Notes: generated by a model not told the origin, from the sequence alone. Shown: positions 26,773-41,199, numbered from the stretch's first letter. The stretch is DNA of 64,000 bases from Scyliorhinus canicula (GCF_902713615.1 NC_052158.1:2418001-2482000); one strand, 5' to 3'. Numbers and translations: made by a program.

Positions 26773-29187
26773 ATGTTCTTTTTGCTTAATGGCAGGTACA
26801 TGGAATTCAGACAATTTTGCCTTCCTGGTCAGATCCAATTGCAACGACCTCCGGTGACGACCATGGAGTGAAAGGTCGCACATTTGGCAGCTCCCCCTCA
26901 TAGTGGTCTTTATGTGGCTTTTACGACGGATCGCTGCAGGAAGCAGGAAGAGAAGGTTTATGGAGCGGTGGCCCAGAAAATATCGGAAAAGAAGGAATCA
27001 GAAGTTGGTGGCGAGTGAGGAGCAGATATCGAGTGTGGCAATGGCAGGTGCGCAGGGTCCGTCCCCGACAGCTCAGTGGTCGATGGACCGGCTGGTGAGC
27101 TTCCTCAATGAGAAGTTCACTCAACAACGCAAGGAGTGTGTGCAGGACCTGGCCGGGCGGTGGACTTGATCAGGGCAGTGGTTGACCGCGTGGAGGCCCA
27201 GGGACAGGCGATCCAGAGGCTGGAGAAGCTGGCGGGGGAGCAGGAGGAGCAATCCACCTTGCCAGCAGGGGAGCAGGACCAGCAGAAGTGACTGCTGGAG
27301 GAAGTGGAGGAGCTGGAGAACGGTTCTCGGAGGCAGAACATTCGGATCCTGGGTCTGCCGGAGGGTAAAGAAGGATGGGATGCTGGTGCGTATGTGGGGA
27401 CGATGTTGGAGAAGCTGCTGGGAATAGGTGTGTTCAACAAGCCGCTGGAGGTGGACTAGGCCCATAGGGCGCTTATGCGTAAGCCCCAGGGGGGTGAGCC
27501 CCGAGGGCGATGGTGGTACGGCTGCATCGGTTCCTGGACAAGGAACGCATTATGAGGTGGGCCATGCAGACGAGGCAATGTACATGGGAAGATGCTGAGA
27601 TCCGGGTGAACCAAGACCTGGGAGCAAAGCTGGCGAAGAGGTTGACAAACTTTAATAAGGCCAAGTCGGCCCGGTATAAGAAGGGCATAAAGTTTGGACT
27701 GATGTACCCAGCCCGCCTGTGGGTGACATATACGGGTTGGGAACTGTAGTTTGGCTCAGCGGAGGACGCGACGGACTTTATGAAAGATAATAAACTGATG
27801 GGAGAAGGAAGACCTTGAACCATGACTGTGGGGAACTGAGCCACGTTTTGAAAAACTTGTAACTTTTGACTTGCAATGTTCGGACTGGCTTTGGAGGGTC
27901 TGTATATATTTGTTCCGTTTTTCTTTCGCTTCTGACTGGGATTAGGTTGACTTTGTTAAGGGAAGGTGGGGGGGTGGGGGGGGGGCAGCTAGGGGGGTGA
28001 GATGCTGGGTGCCAGGGGCGGGGGCTGCCAGGCTAGCTGGGAGGGCTAGTTCACGGAAGCAAAGTGGGGAGTGAGCTGAGGACCAATGTGCTGTGGGGAG
28101 AGGGTGGGGTGGGAAGGGGGGGGGGGGGGGGGGGGCGTTGGGGAGGGCTATACTGCTGTGATGGGGAGGGGACTTTTAAATTGGTGGAGGAGGAGAGTTG
28201 ATGGCGGTAGCTGCCTGGGGGCGGGCCAGGTACGGGACATGGGCCAAGGACTGGCCTAGGAGAGGTTGTGGCTGACCGGCAGGGGAGGGGGGTGGGGTGC
28301 CCCTCCCCCCGACTAGGCTGGTCACGTGGATCGATCGCGGGCTAACTGGGCCGGTCAATAGGGCCCGTGTGTTCACACACTTGAAGCAACTGAAGGCGGA
28401 CGTGGCCATGGTGCAGGAGACACACTTGAAGGTGAGGGATCAGGTTTGGTTGAGGAAGGGTTGGGTCGGACTGGTGTTCCATTCAGGATTGGACTTTAAA
28501 ACAAGAGGGGTGGCAATCCTGGTCAATCAAAGGGTGGCATTCGAGGTGGGGAAGATAGAGGTGGACCCGGGGGGTTAGATTCACCATGGTTGGTGGGAAG
28601 TTGGAGGGAATTCACCATGATTGGTGAATATATATGCCGCAAACTGGGATGACGTCGGGTTTGTTGGACGGGTGCTGAGGAAGATCCCGGACCTGGATTC
28701 ACATCGACTGATTATGGGGGGAGACTTCAACACGGTCTTGGATCCAAGACTGGACTGGTCGAGTCCCAGGTCTGGAAAGGTGTCAGCTATGGCAAAGGAG
28801 CTTCGGGAGTTTATGGAGCTTATGGGAGGGATGGACCCGTGGAGATTTGGGAGATCAATAAGTAAGGAGTTTTCATTCTACTCCCATGTGCATAAGGTGT
28901 ATTCCCGGATAGACTTCATTGTCATGGACAAAAAGCTGCTGGCGGAGGTGGTGAATACTGAATATTCAGCAATTGTGGTGTCAGACCATGCCCCACACTG
29001 GGTAGACCTGCAAGTGACCAAAGGAAAGGCCCAGTGCCCGCAATGGAGGTTAGATGGAGGGTTGGTAGCGGAGGACGTGATGTGTGAGCGGGTGAGGGAG
29101 GACATTCGGGGCGACATAAGGATCTGGATGAGATCTCGGCAGAGGTGGTGTGCGAAGCAATGAAGGCAGTTATCAGAGGGGAACTCA

Positions 29188-30750
29188 AAGAACAAAGAAC
29201 AAAGAAAAGTATAGCACACGAACAGGCCCTTCGGCCCTCCAAGCCCGTGCTGACCATGCTGCCCGTCTCAACTAAAATCTTCTGCACTTCCGGGGTCCGT
29301 ATCCCCTATTCTCATCCTATTCACGTATTTATCAAGATGCCCCTTAAACATCATTATCGTCCTTGCTTCCACCACCTCCTCCAGCAGCGAGTTCCAGGTA
29401 CCCACTACCCTCTGTGTAAAAGACTTGCCTCGTACATCTCCTCTAAACCTTGCCCCTCGCACCTTAAACCTATGCCCACTAGTAATTGACTCCCCTACCC
29501 TGGGAAAAAGCCTCTGACTATCCACCCTGTCTATGCCCCTCATAATTTTGTAGACCTCTATAAGATCGCCCCTCAACCTCCGTTGTTCCAGTGAGAACAA
29601 ACCAAGGTTATTCAACATCTCCTCATAGCTAATGCCCTCCATACCAGGCAATATCCTGGTAAATCTCTTCTGCACCCTCTCTAAAGCCTCCACATCCTTC
29701 TGGTAGTGTGGCGACCAGAATTGAACACTATACTCCAAGTGTGGCCTAACTAAGGTTCTATACAGCTGCAACATGACTTGCCAATTCTTATACTCAATGC
29801 CCCGGCCAATGAAGGCAAGCATGCTGTATGCCTTCTTGACTACCTTCTCCACCTGTGTTGTGCATCAGTGACCTGTGGACCTGTACATCAAGATCTCTCT
29901 GACTGTCAATACTCTTGAGGGTTCTACCATTCATTATATATTCCCGACCTGAATTAGACCTTCCAAAATGCATTACCTCACACTTGTCCGGATTAAACTC
30001 CATCTGCCATCTCTCCGCCCAAGTCTCCAAACGATCTAAATCCTGCTGTATCCTCTGACAGTCCTCATCGCTATCCGCAATTCCACCAACCTTTGTGTCA
30101 TCTGCAAACTTATTAATCAGACCAATTACATTTTCCTCCAAATCATTTATATATACTACGAACAGCAAAGGTCCCAGCACTGATCCCTGAGGAACACCAC
30201 TAGTCACAGCCCTCCAATCAGAAAAGCACCCTTCCATTGCTACTCTCTGCCTTCTATGACCTAGCCAGTTCTGTATCCATCTTGCCAGCTCACCCCTGAT
30301 CCTGTGTGACTTCACCTTCTGTACCAGTCGGCCATGAGAGACCATGTCAAAGGCCTTATTGAAGTCCACATAGACAACATCCACTGTCTTATCTGCATCA
30401 ATCATCTTTGTGGCCTCCTCGAAAAACTATCAAGTTAGTGAGACACAACCTCCCCTTCACAAAACCGTGCTGCCTCTCTCTAATACATCCATTTGCTTCC
30501 AAATGGGAGTAGATCCTGTCTCGAAGAATTCTCTCCAGTAATTTCCCTACCACTGATGTAAAGTTCACCGGCCTGTAGGGAAAAAGCACCTTCTCCCACC
30601 CTGCACTGAATTACCAAGTTCCAATTCCCACTCTGGAAGTGTCTCACTCACTCAGGGTGTGTCTCCTTCACCTGCGCAAAGCTTACTGAGTGCGCTTTCT
30701 GTCTGTCTTTTATACAGAGCTCAGCTAAACAGAGTGACTCAAATTACTTC
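29188..30750 (-). mobile_element. CR1 LINE inserted in the L1
   Basis: RT motifs GVPQGSVLGP and KFADDTK; repeated CTTTGTT tail; TSD AACTCA (29182, 30751). Confidence 0.88.
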
Positions 30751-31339
30751 AACTCATTTCGATTCGGGCCCATAAGGAGAAGGCTGAACAGGCGGAGTTG
30801 GTCAGGTACACGGAGTCTCCAATGAGGGGCTTCTGAAGGAGTGTCAGAGATTACACCGAGAGAGAAAGGATACAGGGGGCAAGGTGGTTGCGGATCCGGC
30901 GGGGGTGAATGATGTGTTTCGGGAATTTTACAGTAAACTATACAAATCGCAACCCCCAACCGGGGAGGAGGGCATTAAGCAATTCCTAGCGGGGGGGGGC
31001 GGAGTTCCCGAGGATAGACGAGGAGCTGGTGGAAGGTTTGGGAGGCCCAATCGGGCTTGGGGAGATTATAGACAGGTTGGGGGGCGATGCAATCGGGCAA
31101 GACTCCGGGACCAGATGGATACCCGGTCTAGTTCTACAAAACCTTTTCTGGGCTGCTGGGGCCGCTCCTGGTAAAGGCTTTTAATGAGTCCAAGGACCTG
31201 GGAGTGCTCCCCCCCCTCCCCCCCACCCCCTCCCCCCCACCCCTCCCCCACCCCCAACGTTATCGCGGGCATCGATTTCCCTTATTCTGAAGCGGGATAA
31301 GGAACCAGAGAACTGTGGATCGTATAGGCCGATCTCCCT

Positions 31340-31555
31340 TTTTAAAAAAATTTGGAATATCCAATTAATTCTTTTCCAATTAAGGGGCAATTTTAGCGTG
31401 ACCAATCCACCTAACCTGCACATCTTTGGGTTGTGGGGGCGAAACCCACGCAGACACGGGGAGAATGTGCAAACTCCACACGGACAGTTACCCAGAGCCT
31501 GGGACCTCAGCGCTGTGAGACTGCAGGGCTAACCCACTGTGCCACCATGTTGCCT
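31340..31555 (-). mobile_element. HE1-type SINE, poly(A)-type
   Basis: SINE core splits the L1 YRPISL motif. Confidence 0.8.
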
Positions 31556-33425
31556 CCAATCTCTCTTTTAAATTTAGATGCAAAATTGCTGGCAAAGATC
31601 TTGGCCACGCGCATGGAGGATTGTATCCCAGAGGTGATGGGGGAGGACCAGAGGGGGTTTGTGAAGGGACGTCACCTGACATCCAACATTAGACGGCTCT
31701 TAAATGTGATAATGATGTCAGCAGAGGGGCGCGAGGTCGAGGTGGTGGTGGCCACGGATGCAGAAAAGGCCTTTGATCGGGTAGAGTGGAAGTACCTGTG
31801 GGATATCCTGGCAAGGTTTGGGTTCGGGCAGGGATTCATTGACTGGGTCCGGCTGTTACATCAGGCACCGGTGGCAAATGCAAGGACCAACCAGGTCCGG
31901 TCAGAATATTTTAGTTTAGGGGAACAAGACACGGATGTCCACTCGCCCCACTGCTGTTTGCTGTGGCCGTAGCGCCCTTGGCAATGGCCCTTAGGTCATC
32001 GAATGCCTGGCGGGGGATAGTGAGGGGGGGGGTGGAGAACAGGGTTTCACTCTACGCGGACGACTTGCTCCTTTACATAACAGACCCGTTGTGGGGGGGC
32101 TGGCTGGGATCATGGAGATATTGGAGGAATTTGGTCGGTTCTCGGCTACAAATTAAACATGGGTAAGAGCGAGGTGTTGCCGATTCCGGCATGGGGGCAG
32201 GAGAGGAGACTGAGGGAGTTACCGTTTAAAGTGGTGGGAAGGGGTTTTCGGTACCTGGGGATTCAGGTGGCAAGGGACTCGTGTCAGCTCCATAACTTAA
32301 ATTTGGGCAAGGCGGTTGAGCAAATGAAAGGGGACTTCCGCAGGCGGGACGTGCTCCCGCTGTGATCGGCGAGGAGGGTACAGACTGTGAAGGTGACTGT
32401 ACCCCGGAGATTGCTCTTTGTGTTTCAATGTCTTCCAATTTTTATCCCTAAGGCATTTTTCAGGAAGATGAATGCGGAGATCTAGGGTTTTGTATGGGCT
32501 GGTAAGGCCCCGAGGGTGAGGAAGGTTCTTTTGGAATGGGGGTACGGGATGGGGGGGGGTTTGGCCCTTCCGAAATGTATTAATTATTACTGGGCGTTTG
32601 AATATATGCATGGTTAGGAATGGGTAGTGGGGGAGGGGTCGGTGTGGGAGCGAATGGAGGCGGCATCCTGTAAGGGTACGAGTTTGGAGGCTTTGTTAAC
32701 GGCGTCTCTGTCGTTCACGCCTGCTCGGTACTCCACAAGCCCAGTGATAGTGGCAGCCCTGAGGGTGTGGGGGCAATGGAGGCAGCACATGGGACTGGAG
32801 GGGGCGTCGGTGTGGTCACTGATCTGTGAGAATCATTGTTTTATTCCTGGAGGATTGGACGGGGGCTTCAGGAGATGGCAGTGGGCAAGGATCGAGAGAT
32901 TTGGTGATCTCTTCATTGAAGAGGGTTTCCCGAGCCTTGATAGATTAGAGGAGGAGTTTGAGTTACTGGGTGGGAACGGATTTTGGTACCTGCAGGGACG
33001 GGACTTTGTCAGGAGGCAGGCTCCAAACTTCCCTCGCCTCCCTCTAAGGGGATTACAGGATAAGGTGATGTCTAAAACAGGGGGAGGGGAGGGTCTCGGA
33101 AATATACAAGGAACTGATGGAGTGGGAAGGGATCCCAAACGGAGAGGTGGAGAGGAAGTGGGAGGAGGAGTTGGGAGGTGAGTTGGAAGTTGGATTATGG
33201 GAGGAGGCCCTGAGGAGAGTCAATGCATCCTCGTCGTGTGCCAGGCTGAGCCTGATCCAGTTGAAGGTGGCCCACAGGGTTCATATGACTGTGGCCCGGA
33301 TGAGTAGGTTTTTTGAGGAGGTGGAGGACAGGTGTGGGAGGCGCGGGGGAAGCCCGGCGAATCAAGTACACATGTTTTGGGCGTGTCCGAAGCTGAGGGG
33401 GTTCTGGCAGGGATTTGCGGACGTC

Positions 33426-34140
33426 GGGCGCGATTCTCCCAAAGGGAGACAAAGTGCCGACGCCGGAGTGAAAACCGGAGTGTTTCACTCCGGCGTCGGA
33501 GGCCGCTCCTCGTCCCCTATTCTCCCATCCCCAGGGGGCTAGAGCAGCGTTGCATCAATTACACACGCCGGGCCTTGACACCTGCGTCAAAGCGGCGCCA
33601 CGTAAATGAAGTGGCCGGCGGCGCCTAAATGACGTCACCCGCGCATGTGCGGTTGCCGTCCTCCCCTCCGCTGCCCCGCAAGACATGGAGGATTGATCTT
33701 GTGGGGCGGCGGAGGGAAAAGAGTGCGTCTTTCAGAGACGCCGGCCCGACGATCGGTGGGCACCGATTGCGGGCCAGACCCCTCCTGAGCACCCCTCTGG
33801 TGCTCGATCCTCCCTCCCCCCCCCCCCCCCCCCCCCCCCACAGGCCCCACACGCAACAGTCGCGCGCTGTTGACGCCGGCAGCGAGCAGGTGTGGTTGGC
33901 GCCGGCGTGAACCAGTCGGATTAGGCAGGCCACTCGGCCCATCCGGGCCGGAGAATCGCCACTTGACCATTAGAAACAACGAGCGGTGATTCTCCGAACG
34001 GCCTGTCGTAAAACGCGACACAACATTTTGGGGGGGGGGGGTGGGAGAATCGCGTGCGGGTGCCAGGGCGGCGTGGCGGGAATCGCCTGGCACTCCTGCG
34101 ATTCTCCCACCCGGCGTGTGGGGGTCGGAGAATCGCGCCC
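33426..34140. mobile_element. PIF/Harbinger-type MITE
   Basis: Perfect 14-bp TIRs GGGCGCGATTCTCC / GGAGAATCGCGCCC, 3-bp TSD GTC; splits the L1 frame GFADV|MSEIL. Confidence 0.88.
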
Positions 34141-34982
34141 GTCATGTCAGAGATCCTGGAAGGGAGGGTTACATCGAGTCCAGAGATGGCAATATTTGGG
34201 GTTTCGGAGGATCTGGGGGCCCAGGAGGGGAGGGAGGCTGATGTTTTGGCCTTTGCCTCCCCCGGTGGCCCGGAGACGGATTTTGCTGGGATGGAGAGAC
34301 TCGGAGCCCCCATGTCAGCGACATGGCAGCGTTTCTTAGGCTGGAGAAGATTAATTTTGCCTTAAAGGACAAGCAGACCAGTAGCATGGAGAGTTGGTGA
34401 GTGCTGGCAGACACGCAGAGGCAGGTGCCACCAATGTAAGAGTGCCAATTGAATGGTGCCACTCAAAGGACAGCATATAGGTGAAGGACATTCGCTGCAG
34501 CAACTCACCGAGGTTCCTCAGGCAGCACCTTCCAAACCCACGGCCACCACCATCTAGAAGGACAAGAGCAGCAGATACCTGGGATCACCCCCACCTGGAG
34601 GTTCCCCTCCAAGTCACTCCCCATCCTGACTGGGAAATATATCGGCCGTTCCTTCAGTGTCGCCGGGTCCAAATCCTGGAGCTCCCTCCCTAACAGCACA
34701 GTGGGTGTACCTACACCTCAGGGACAGCAGCGGCTTCTAGACGGCAGCTCAGCACCACCTTGTCAAGGGGCAATTAGGGATGGACAGTAAATACTGGTCT
34801 CGTCAGTAAGCCCCACATCCCACAAATGAATTTTCAAAAGGACAATGAATCCTTTGCAGACATGCGAGGTGAAAGTAGAAGGTTGGAAAGGGACCAAGTT
34901 GTAAAGGACCAGCGTCTATATTCATGGATAAGACTAGATATAATGGTGTCACACTGAGGTGGACAGTAGAAGCAAGGTGTTA

Positions 34983-35328
34983 TCATAGAATTTACAGTGC
35001 AGAAGGAGGCCATTCGACCCATCGAGTCTGCACCAGCTCTTGGAAAGAGCACCCCACCCAAGGTCAACACCTCCACCCTATCCCCATAACCCAGTAACCC
35101 CACCCAACACTAAGGGAAATTTTGGACACTAAGGGCAATTTATCATGGCCAATCTACCTAACCTGCACATCTTTGGACTGTGGGAGGAAACCGGAGCACC
35201 CGGAGGAAACCCACGCACACACGGGGACGATGTGCAGACTCCGCACAGACAGTGACCCAAGCCGGAATCGAACCTGGGACCCTGGAGCTGTGAAGCAATT
35301 GTGTTATCCACAATGCTACCGTGCTGTC
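34983..35328 (-). mobile_element. HE1-type SINE, nearly full length
   Basis: Head, V-domain and HER1-shared tail. Confidence 0.88.
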
Positions 35329-35361
35329 CAGGAGGATTGTTACAGGAGTGTTACAGGAGGA

Positions 35362-36185
35362 TGATTGGATTTGTTTATTGTCACATGTACCGAGGTACAG
35401 TGAAAAGTATTTTTCTGCGAGCAGCTCAAACACATCATTTAGTACGTGAAAGAAAATATGTAATAGGGCAACACAATGTAAATACATAGACACCGGCATC
35501 GGGCATACAGGGTGTAGTATTAATCATGTCAGTCAATAAGAGGGTCATTTAGGAGTCTGGTAACAGTGGGGAAGAAGCTGTTTTTGAGTCTGTTTGTTCG
35601 TGTTCTCAGACTTCTGTATCTCCTGCCCGATGGAAGAAGTTGGAAGAGTGAGTAAGCCGGGTGGGAGGGGTCTTTGATTATGCTGCCCGCTTTCTCCCGG
35701 CAGCGGGAGGTGTAGATGGAGTCAATGGATGGGAGGCAGGTTCGTGTGATGAACTGGGCTGTGTTCACGACTCTCTGTAGTTCCTTGCGGTCCTGGGCCG
35801 AGCAGTTGCTATACCAGGCTGTGATGCAGGCCGATAGGATGCTTTCTATGGTGCATCTGTACAAATTGGTAAGAGTTAATGTGGACGTGCCGAATTTCCT
35901 TAGTTTCCTGAGGAAGCATAAGCGCTGTTGTGCTTTCGTGGTCGTAGCATTAACGTGGGTGGACCAAGACAGATTTTTGGTGATGTGCACACCTAGGAAT
36001 TTGAAGCTGTCAACCACCTCCACCTCGGCTCCGTTGAGGCAGACAGTGGTGTGTACAGCACTTTGCTTCCTGAAGTCAATGACCAGCTCTTTAGCTTTGC
36101 TGGCATTGAGGGAGAGATTGTTGTTGTTACACCACTCCACTAGTGAAATCTATCTCCTTCTTGTACTCTGACTCCTCGTTGGTGC
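35362..36185 (-). mobile_element. Rex1/Babar-type LINE 3' fragment
   Basis: 203-aa ORF EWCNNNNLSLNASKAKELVIDF...RLKNSFFP. Confidence 0.82.
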
Positions 36186-37129
36186 AACATTGAGGGTAGA
36201 TTGAGGAAATTCAGGAGGGACGGGAATTGTGACATGGTTTCAGGCACAGAGAATGGTTTTCATCAGATTTATTCAGACTCTTTGGGTGCCCCGAATTATT
36301 GTCCTGAAGAAAACAAGTTTACAATCCTTGGAAACAATTAAGTTTGTTCAGAAACCTGACTTCAAAAGTCTTTGGGATTAAATTTGCCACAAGATATCTG
36401 TGCCCTTACTACCAAATCATTCCTCGCTCAGTCACTACCGCAGGTGAAATGGACTTTGCTTAAACCTAGCTGACTTCCAATCAGAGACCATCCATCACCG
36501 AGACCATCAACTTCTACTCCCGTTTCATTTCCCGCTGTTTGTTCAGTTTGTGAGGTCGGAAATCAGACACTGGCTGCATTCGCCATTTCAGTGGCTACGT
36601 GCCGGTGCCAACGACCGGAAAATTGGCACGATTCCAGCATCAGTGAGTGGCTGACACTTGGCGACTGAAACACCCGCCTACTGCGCCGTACAACATGCCG
36701 CTGGCCGTGCGAGGACCCAACCCGCCATCCGTGACCCCACAACCCACCCGCTGGCCACCCCCACCAGTCCCTCCAGCCCTCGGAGAAGCCCACTGGCCAA
36801 GGACATGGATCCCAGCCAAGTGCGATGGCGCTGGATGCAGTCCACAGTGTCTGAATTATTGACGTTTTGGCCAGCATTCCTGGATTAATTTATCAAAGGG
36901 TGAAAGAGAGGTGCAGGTTTTAGTTCATAGATGGCCAGTCCTTTTTCTTTTATATGATCGAGGTCCTTGCCACCCATTATAAGTCTTTGGGTTGGCAATA
37001 GGTGTTCCTTCCTGCTCAGTGATAGCTGCCTCTTCCATGCGTGGACCCCACATCTTGTATGATTGGGATTTAAACGTGGCTGCTCAAATAAACAAATATA
37101 GCCTACAATGGGATGTGTGGAGTCAAAAT

Positions 37130-38600
37130 AATGAAACATCACTGTATATGCATGATTTTTTTGTGATAGATAGAAACGATTTAGAGATGGGTGTTGAGGA
37201 CAAAATTTCTAAATTTGCAGATGACACTAAGCTAGGGTGAATAGTGAATTGTGAGGATGATGTTGAGTGACTTCAGAGGGACATCGACAAGTTGGCCAAA
37301 TGGGTACACACCTGGTGGATGAATTTCAATGCAGAGAAATGTGATATAATGCATTTTGGGAAAAGAAATATGGGGACCCACCCATGGTCCCCTCGCCACA
37401 CATCTACATCTGTCACAGCTTACCCTCTGATTTTAGTTTCTCTGGTGTTTGGCCTTTCACATCTTTTGTTCTCTCTGGGGACTGTCATTAGCACTCTGTT
37501 CCCTTGGTTTCTGTGGCCATTAGCAGTCCGTTCCCTTGGTTTCTGTGGCTGTTAGCACTCTGTTCCCTTGGTTTCTGTGGCTATTAACACTCTGTTCCTT
37601 TGGTTTCTGTGGCTATTAGCACTCTGTTCCCTTGGTTTCTGTGGCTGTTAGCACTCTGCTCCCTTGGTTTCTGTGGCTATTAGCACTCTGTTCCCTTGGT
37701 TTTTGTGGCTGTTAGCACTCTGTTCCCTTGGTTTATGTGGCTATGAGCACTCTGTTCCCTTGGTTTCTGTGGCCATTAGCATTCTGTTCCCTTGGTTTCT
37801 GTGGCTATGACTCATCTTTCATTCCCTTGCCTCACAGTATAAATATCTCCCACTTTCTATGCCTTTTAGCTTTGACAAAGGGTCATCTGGACTCGAAACG
37901 TTAGCTCTTTTCTCTCCCTACAGATTCTGCCAGACCTGCTGAGATTTTCCAGCATTTTCTCTTTTGGAAATGCTGCAACACCTCTGCAAATCATTGCCAA
38001 AAGAGAAAGCACTGGAAAATCTTTTTTTCTACATATCATTGGTCAGACTACATTTGGAATATTGTGTTCAGTTCTGGGCACCTTATTTAAGGAAGGATGG
38101 TAAAGACCTGGAGAGAGTGCGGAGGAGATTTACTAGAATGATACCAGGATTGAGGAATTTTACATACAAGGACAGGTTAGAGAATTTGGGCTCGTTCTCC
38201 TTGGAGCCGAGAAGATTAAGAAGCAACCTAATTGAGGTGTGCGCAATTATGAACAATTTTGACGGGGTAAAGAAGGATATTCTGTTTCCACTATTTGGTA
38301 AGACAGTGACTGGAGGAGGGGGTCACAATTTCAAGATGGTCAGCAAGAGAGCTCGGAGCGAGATGAGGAGAAACATCTTTACTCAGAGAGTTGTTGGGGT
38401 TTGGAATGCGCTGCCTGGGAGAGTAGTGGAGATGAATTCCATAGGAGGTTTCCAAAAGACAGCTGGATATTTATTTGAAAGTGATGGATTAAGAGGGCAA
38501 TGGAGATAGGGCTGGAGGATGGGACTAGCTCTTTCAGGAGCTGGTGCGGACATGAAGGGCCGAATGGCCTCCTTCTGTGCTGCAAAGTTCCATGATTCTA
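37130..38600 (+). mobile_element. Old CR1 RT fragment interrupted by a roughly 590-bp insert (37380-37965)
   Basis: KISKFADDTKLG before the insert and LEYCVQFWAPY after it. Confidence 0.75.
37488..37808. repeat. 32-bp minisatellite TTAGCACTCTGTTCCCTTGGTTTCTGTGGCTA, about 10 copies
   Basis: Direct tandem units. Confidence 0.93.
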
Positions 38601-40263
38601 TGATGCTTTAACTATCCCAGCATGCATTTCTCCTATCCTCTGGAAAACCTGTCAATTTCCCCTCCCATTCAATCATGGAGGATAATCATTGAGCTGAATC
38701 CTAAATGGGTGTCGCCACGAGGACAATGTGGTTACTCGAGGAGAATAGTGTTTCTCTTACATTTCTAACATTTCCCAGTTCTGATGAAAGCTCACAGACT
38801 TAACCCTGTTTTTCTCTCTCCACATATACTGCCTAACCTGTAGATTTATTTCTTTCCAGCATCGGCCGTGTTTTGCTTTACAATTAATGGTTAATTCACT
38901 GCCCCTTCGCTCCCAGGAAATGCCTACCTTGATGAAGTCCTGCCCTTCTCTCCCGTAGCATTCTTGTTTGTCTCTTTCACATCTCTAACTTTCACCAGTT
39001 CGCATGAACGGCCACAGATCGACACAGCGCGCTTTCTGACAAGTAGCTCGCCCTTCCGTTCCTTCAGCTTTGCTGGGGCAATATTCTGGAACTCCCTTCC
39101 GAACAATGCTTAGACTACAATGGTTCAAGTAGGCAGCTCGCATTCATCTCCACAGGGGTAATTAGAAATAGAAATGGATCATCAACACTGGCCTAGCCAG
39201 TGATGCCCATGTCTCATAATTTAAAAAAGATTCTCCACTATGTCTTCGCAAGATTGGGTAAAGGGTGTCATGGATTACTTGCCATTAGCCCAGATGGGTA
39301 TCGCACAAGAAACTGAAAATTGTCAGGAAATAGTCCGTTCGCCTTGAATAGATCCCATGCACCAGGGTACTGTTGTTGCAACTTGTTTTATCAACGGGAT
39401 GCACAACGCATCCCTCCTGTCCCTGTGCCATACCGGATGACACAGTGGCACAGTGGTTGCATGACTGTCACGCAGCACCAGGGACCCGGTTTTTGATTCC
39501 GGTCTCGGATGACTGTCTGTGTGGAGTTTACACGTTCTCCCAGTGTCTGCATGGGTTTCCCCTGGGTGCTCCGGTTTCTTCCCACAGTCCAAAGAAATAC
39601 AAGTTAGGTGGGGTTGCGGGATGGGTGGGGCAGGGGAGTGGCCCTAGGTAGGGTGCCCTTTCAGAGTCGGTGGAAACTGATTGGGCCGAATGGCCTCCTT
39701 CTGCACGGGAGGGATTCTATACCAAAATTAGAATGCAATTATCTCGTGGGGATATCAGCCCCTCCCTGTTCCCTTCAAAGCCACACACAATAAGGCGGAA
39801 GATGTACAAAGCGGCCATATGTCTCATCGAAACTGCTCTGCCATTCAATGAGATTGTTACTGATCCGATACTCCACCTTCCCGCCTTGTTCCCATAACCC
39901 TTGATTCCCTTACTGATCACGGTGGCGCCCTGGTTAGCACTGCTGCCTCACGCCGCCAAGGACCCGGGTTCCATCCCGGCCCCGGGTCACTGTCCTTGTG
40001 GAGTTTGCATAGTCACCCTGTGTCTGCGTGGGTCTCACCCCCACAACTCAAAGATGTGCAACGTAGGTGGATTGGCCACGCTAAATTGCCCCTTAATTGA
40101 AATTATTTTTAAAATCTGTCCATCTCAGCCATCGACATATTTAACGACCCAGCCTCTACACCTCTCTGTGATAAAGAATTCCACATTCACTACCTTCTGA
40201 GAGATTTAGAACAGTACAGCACAGAACAGGCCCTTCGGCCCTCGATGTTGTGCCGAGCAATGA

Positions 40264-40442
40264 ATGAAATGAAAATCGCTTATTGTCACGAGTAGGCTTC
40301 AATGAAGTTACTGTGAAAAGCCCCTAGTCGCCACATTCCGGCGCCTGTCCGGGGAGGCTGGTACGGGAATCGAACCGTGCTGCTGGCCTGCTTGGTCTGC
40401 TTTAAAAGCCAGCGATTTAGCCTGGTGAGCTAAACCAGCCCC
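40264..40442 (-). mobile_element. Short (about 180 bp) tRNA-derived SINE of a second family with a Rex-like tail
   Basis: Reverse complement GGGGCTGGTTTAGCTCA...GGTTCGATTCCCG...CTCGTGACAATAAG; TSD TGA. Confidence 0.75.
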
Positions 40443-41199
40443 TGATCACCCTACTCAAACTCACGTATCCACCCTATACCCGTAACCCAACAACTCCCCC
40501 TTAACCTTACTTATTAGAACACTACGGGCAATTTAGCATGGCCAATCCACCTAACCCGCACATCTTTGGACTGTGGGAGGAAACCGGAGCACCCGGAGGA
40601 AACCCACACACACACGGGGAGGACGTGCAGACTCCGCACAGACAGTCACCCAGCCGGGAACCAAACCTGGGACCCTGGAGCTGTGAAGCATTGATGCTAA
40701 CCACTATGCTACCATGCTGCCCCAGATGAAACTCTTTCTCATCTCTGTATTGAACAGGCAACCTCCTTAGTCTGAGATTATGTCCTCTGGTCCTCGTCAC
40801 TCCCACAAGGGCAAAACAACCTCTCACCACACTGAGTGGGTATATACCACAGATCTTTCATCCTACCTAGTTCTAAATCCAGGAATTCCTGAATTGACGC
40901 CACCACGGGAACACCATCATCGCAAGGATTGAAGGAGATCGCTTTCTATCACATCCTCGGAGTTGTGTAGAGGGGGCAGAAATTAAAATGGTGCTTTGCT
41001 GGTACCACGTATATTCTGTAAACAAATAGAAATATAAGGTTGAAGCCATGAGGTAACAAGTAGGCAAGAAAGAGCTTCAATGCACATCGCCACTTTCATG
41101 TGAACAATTCCTGAGTGAACTTTGACGAGGGCACCAGGACAAGGCCCCTGATTTTTGTTTTCAGATGTGATTATTTGCATTCATCCAAACAGACAAACT

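Larger units (their letters stand above)
26860..34365 (+). mobile_element. Decayed near full-length L1-clade LINE with nested CR1, SINE and MITE
   Basis: ORF1 RRQNIRILGLPEG and VVRLHRF; ORF2 MVQETH, GGDFN, SDHAPH, DAEKAFDRVEW, YADDLL, HMFWACP. Confidence 0.85.
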
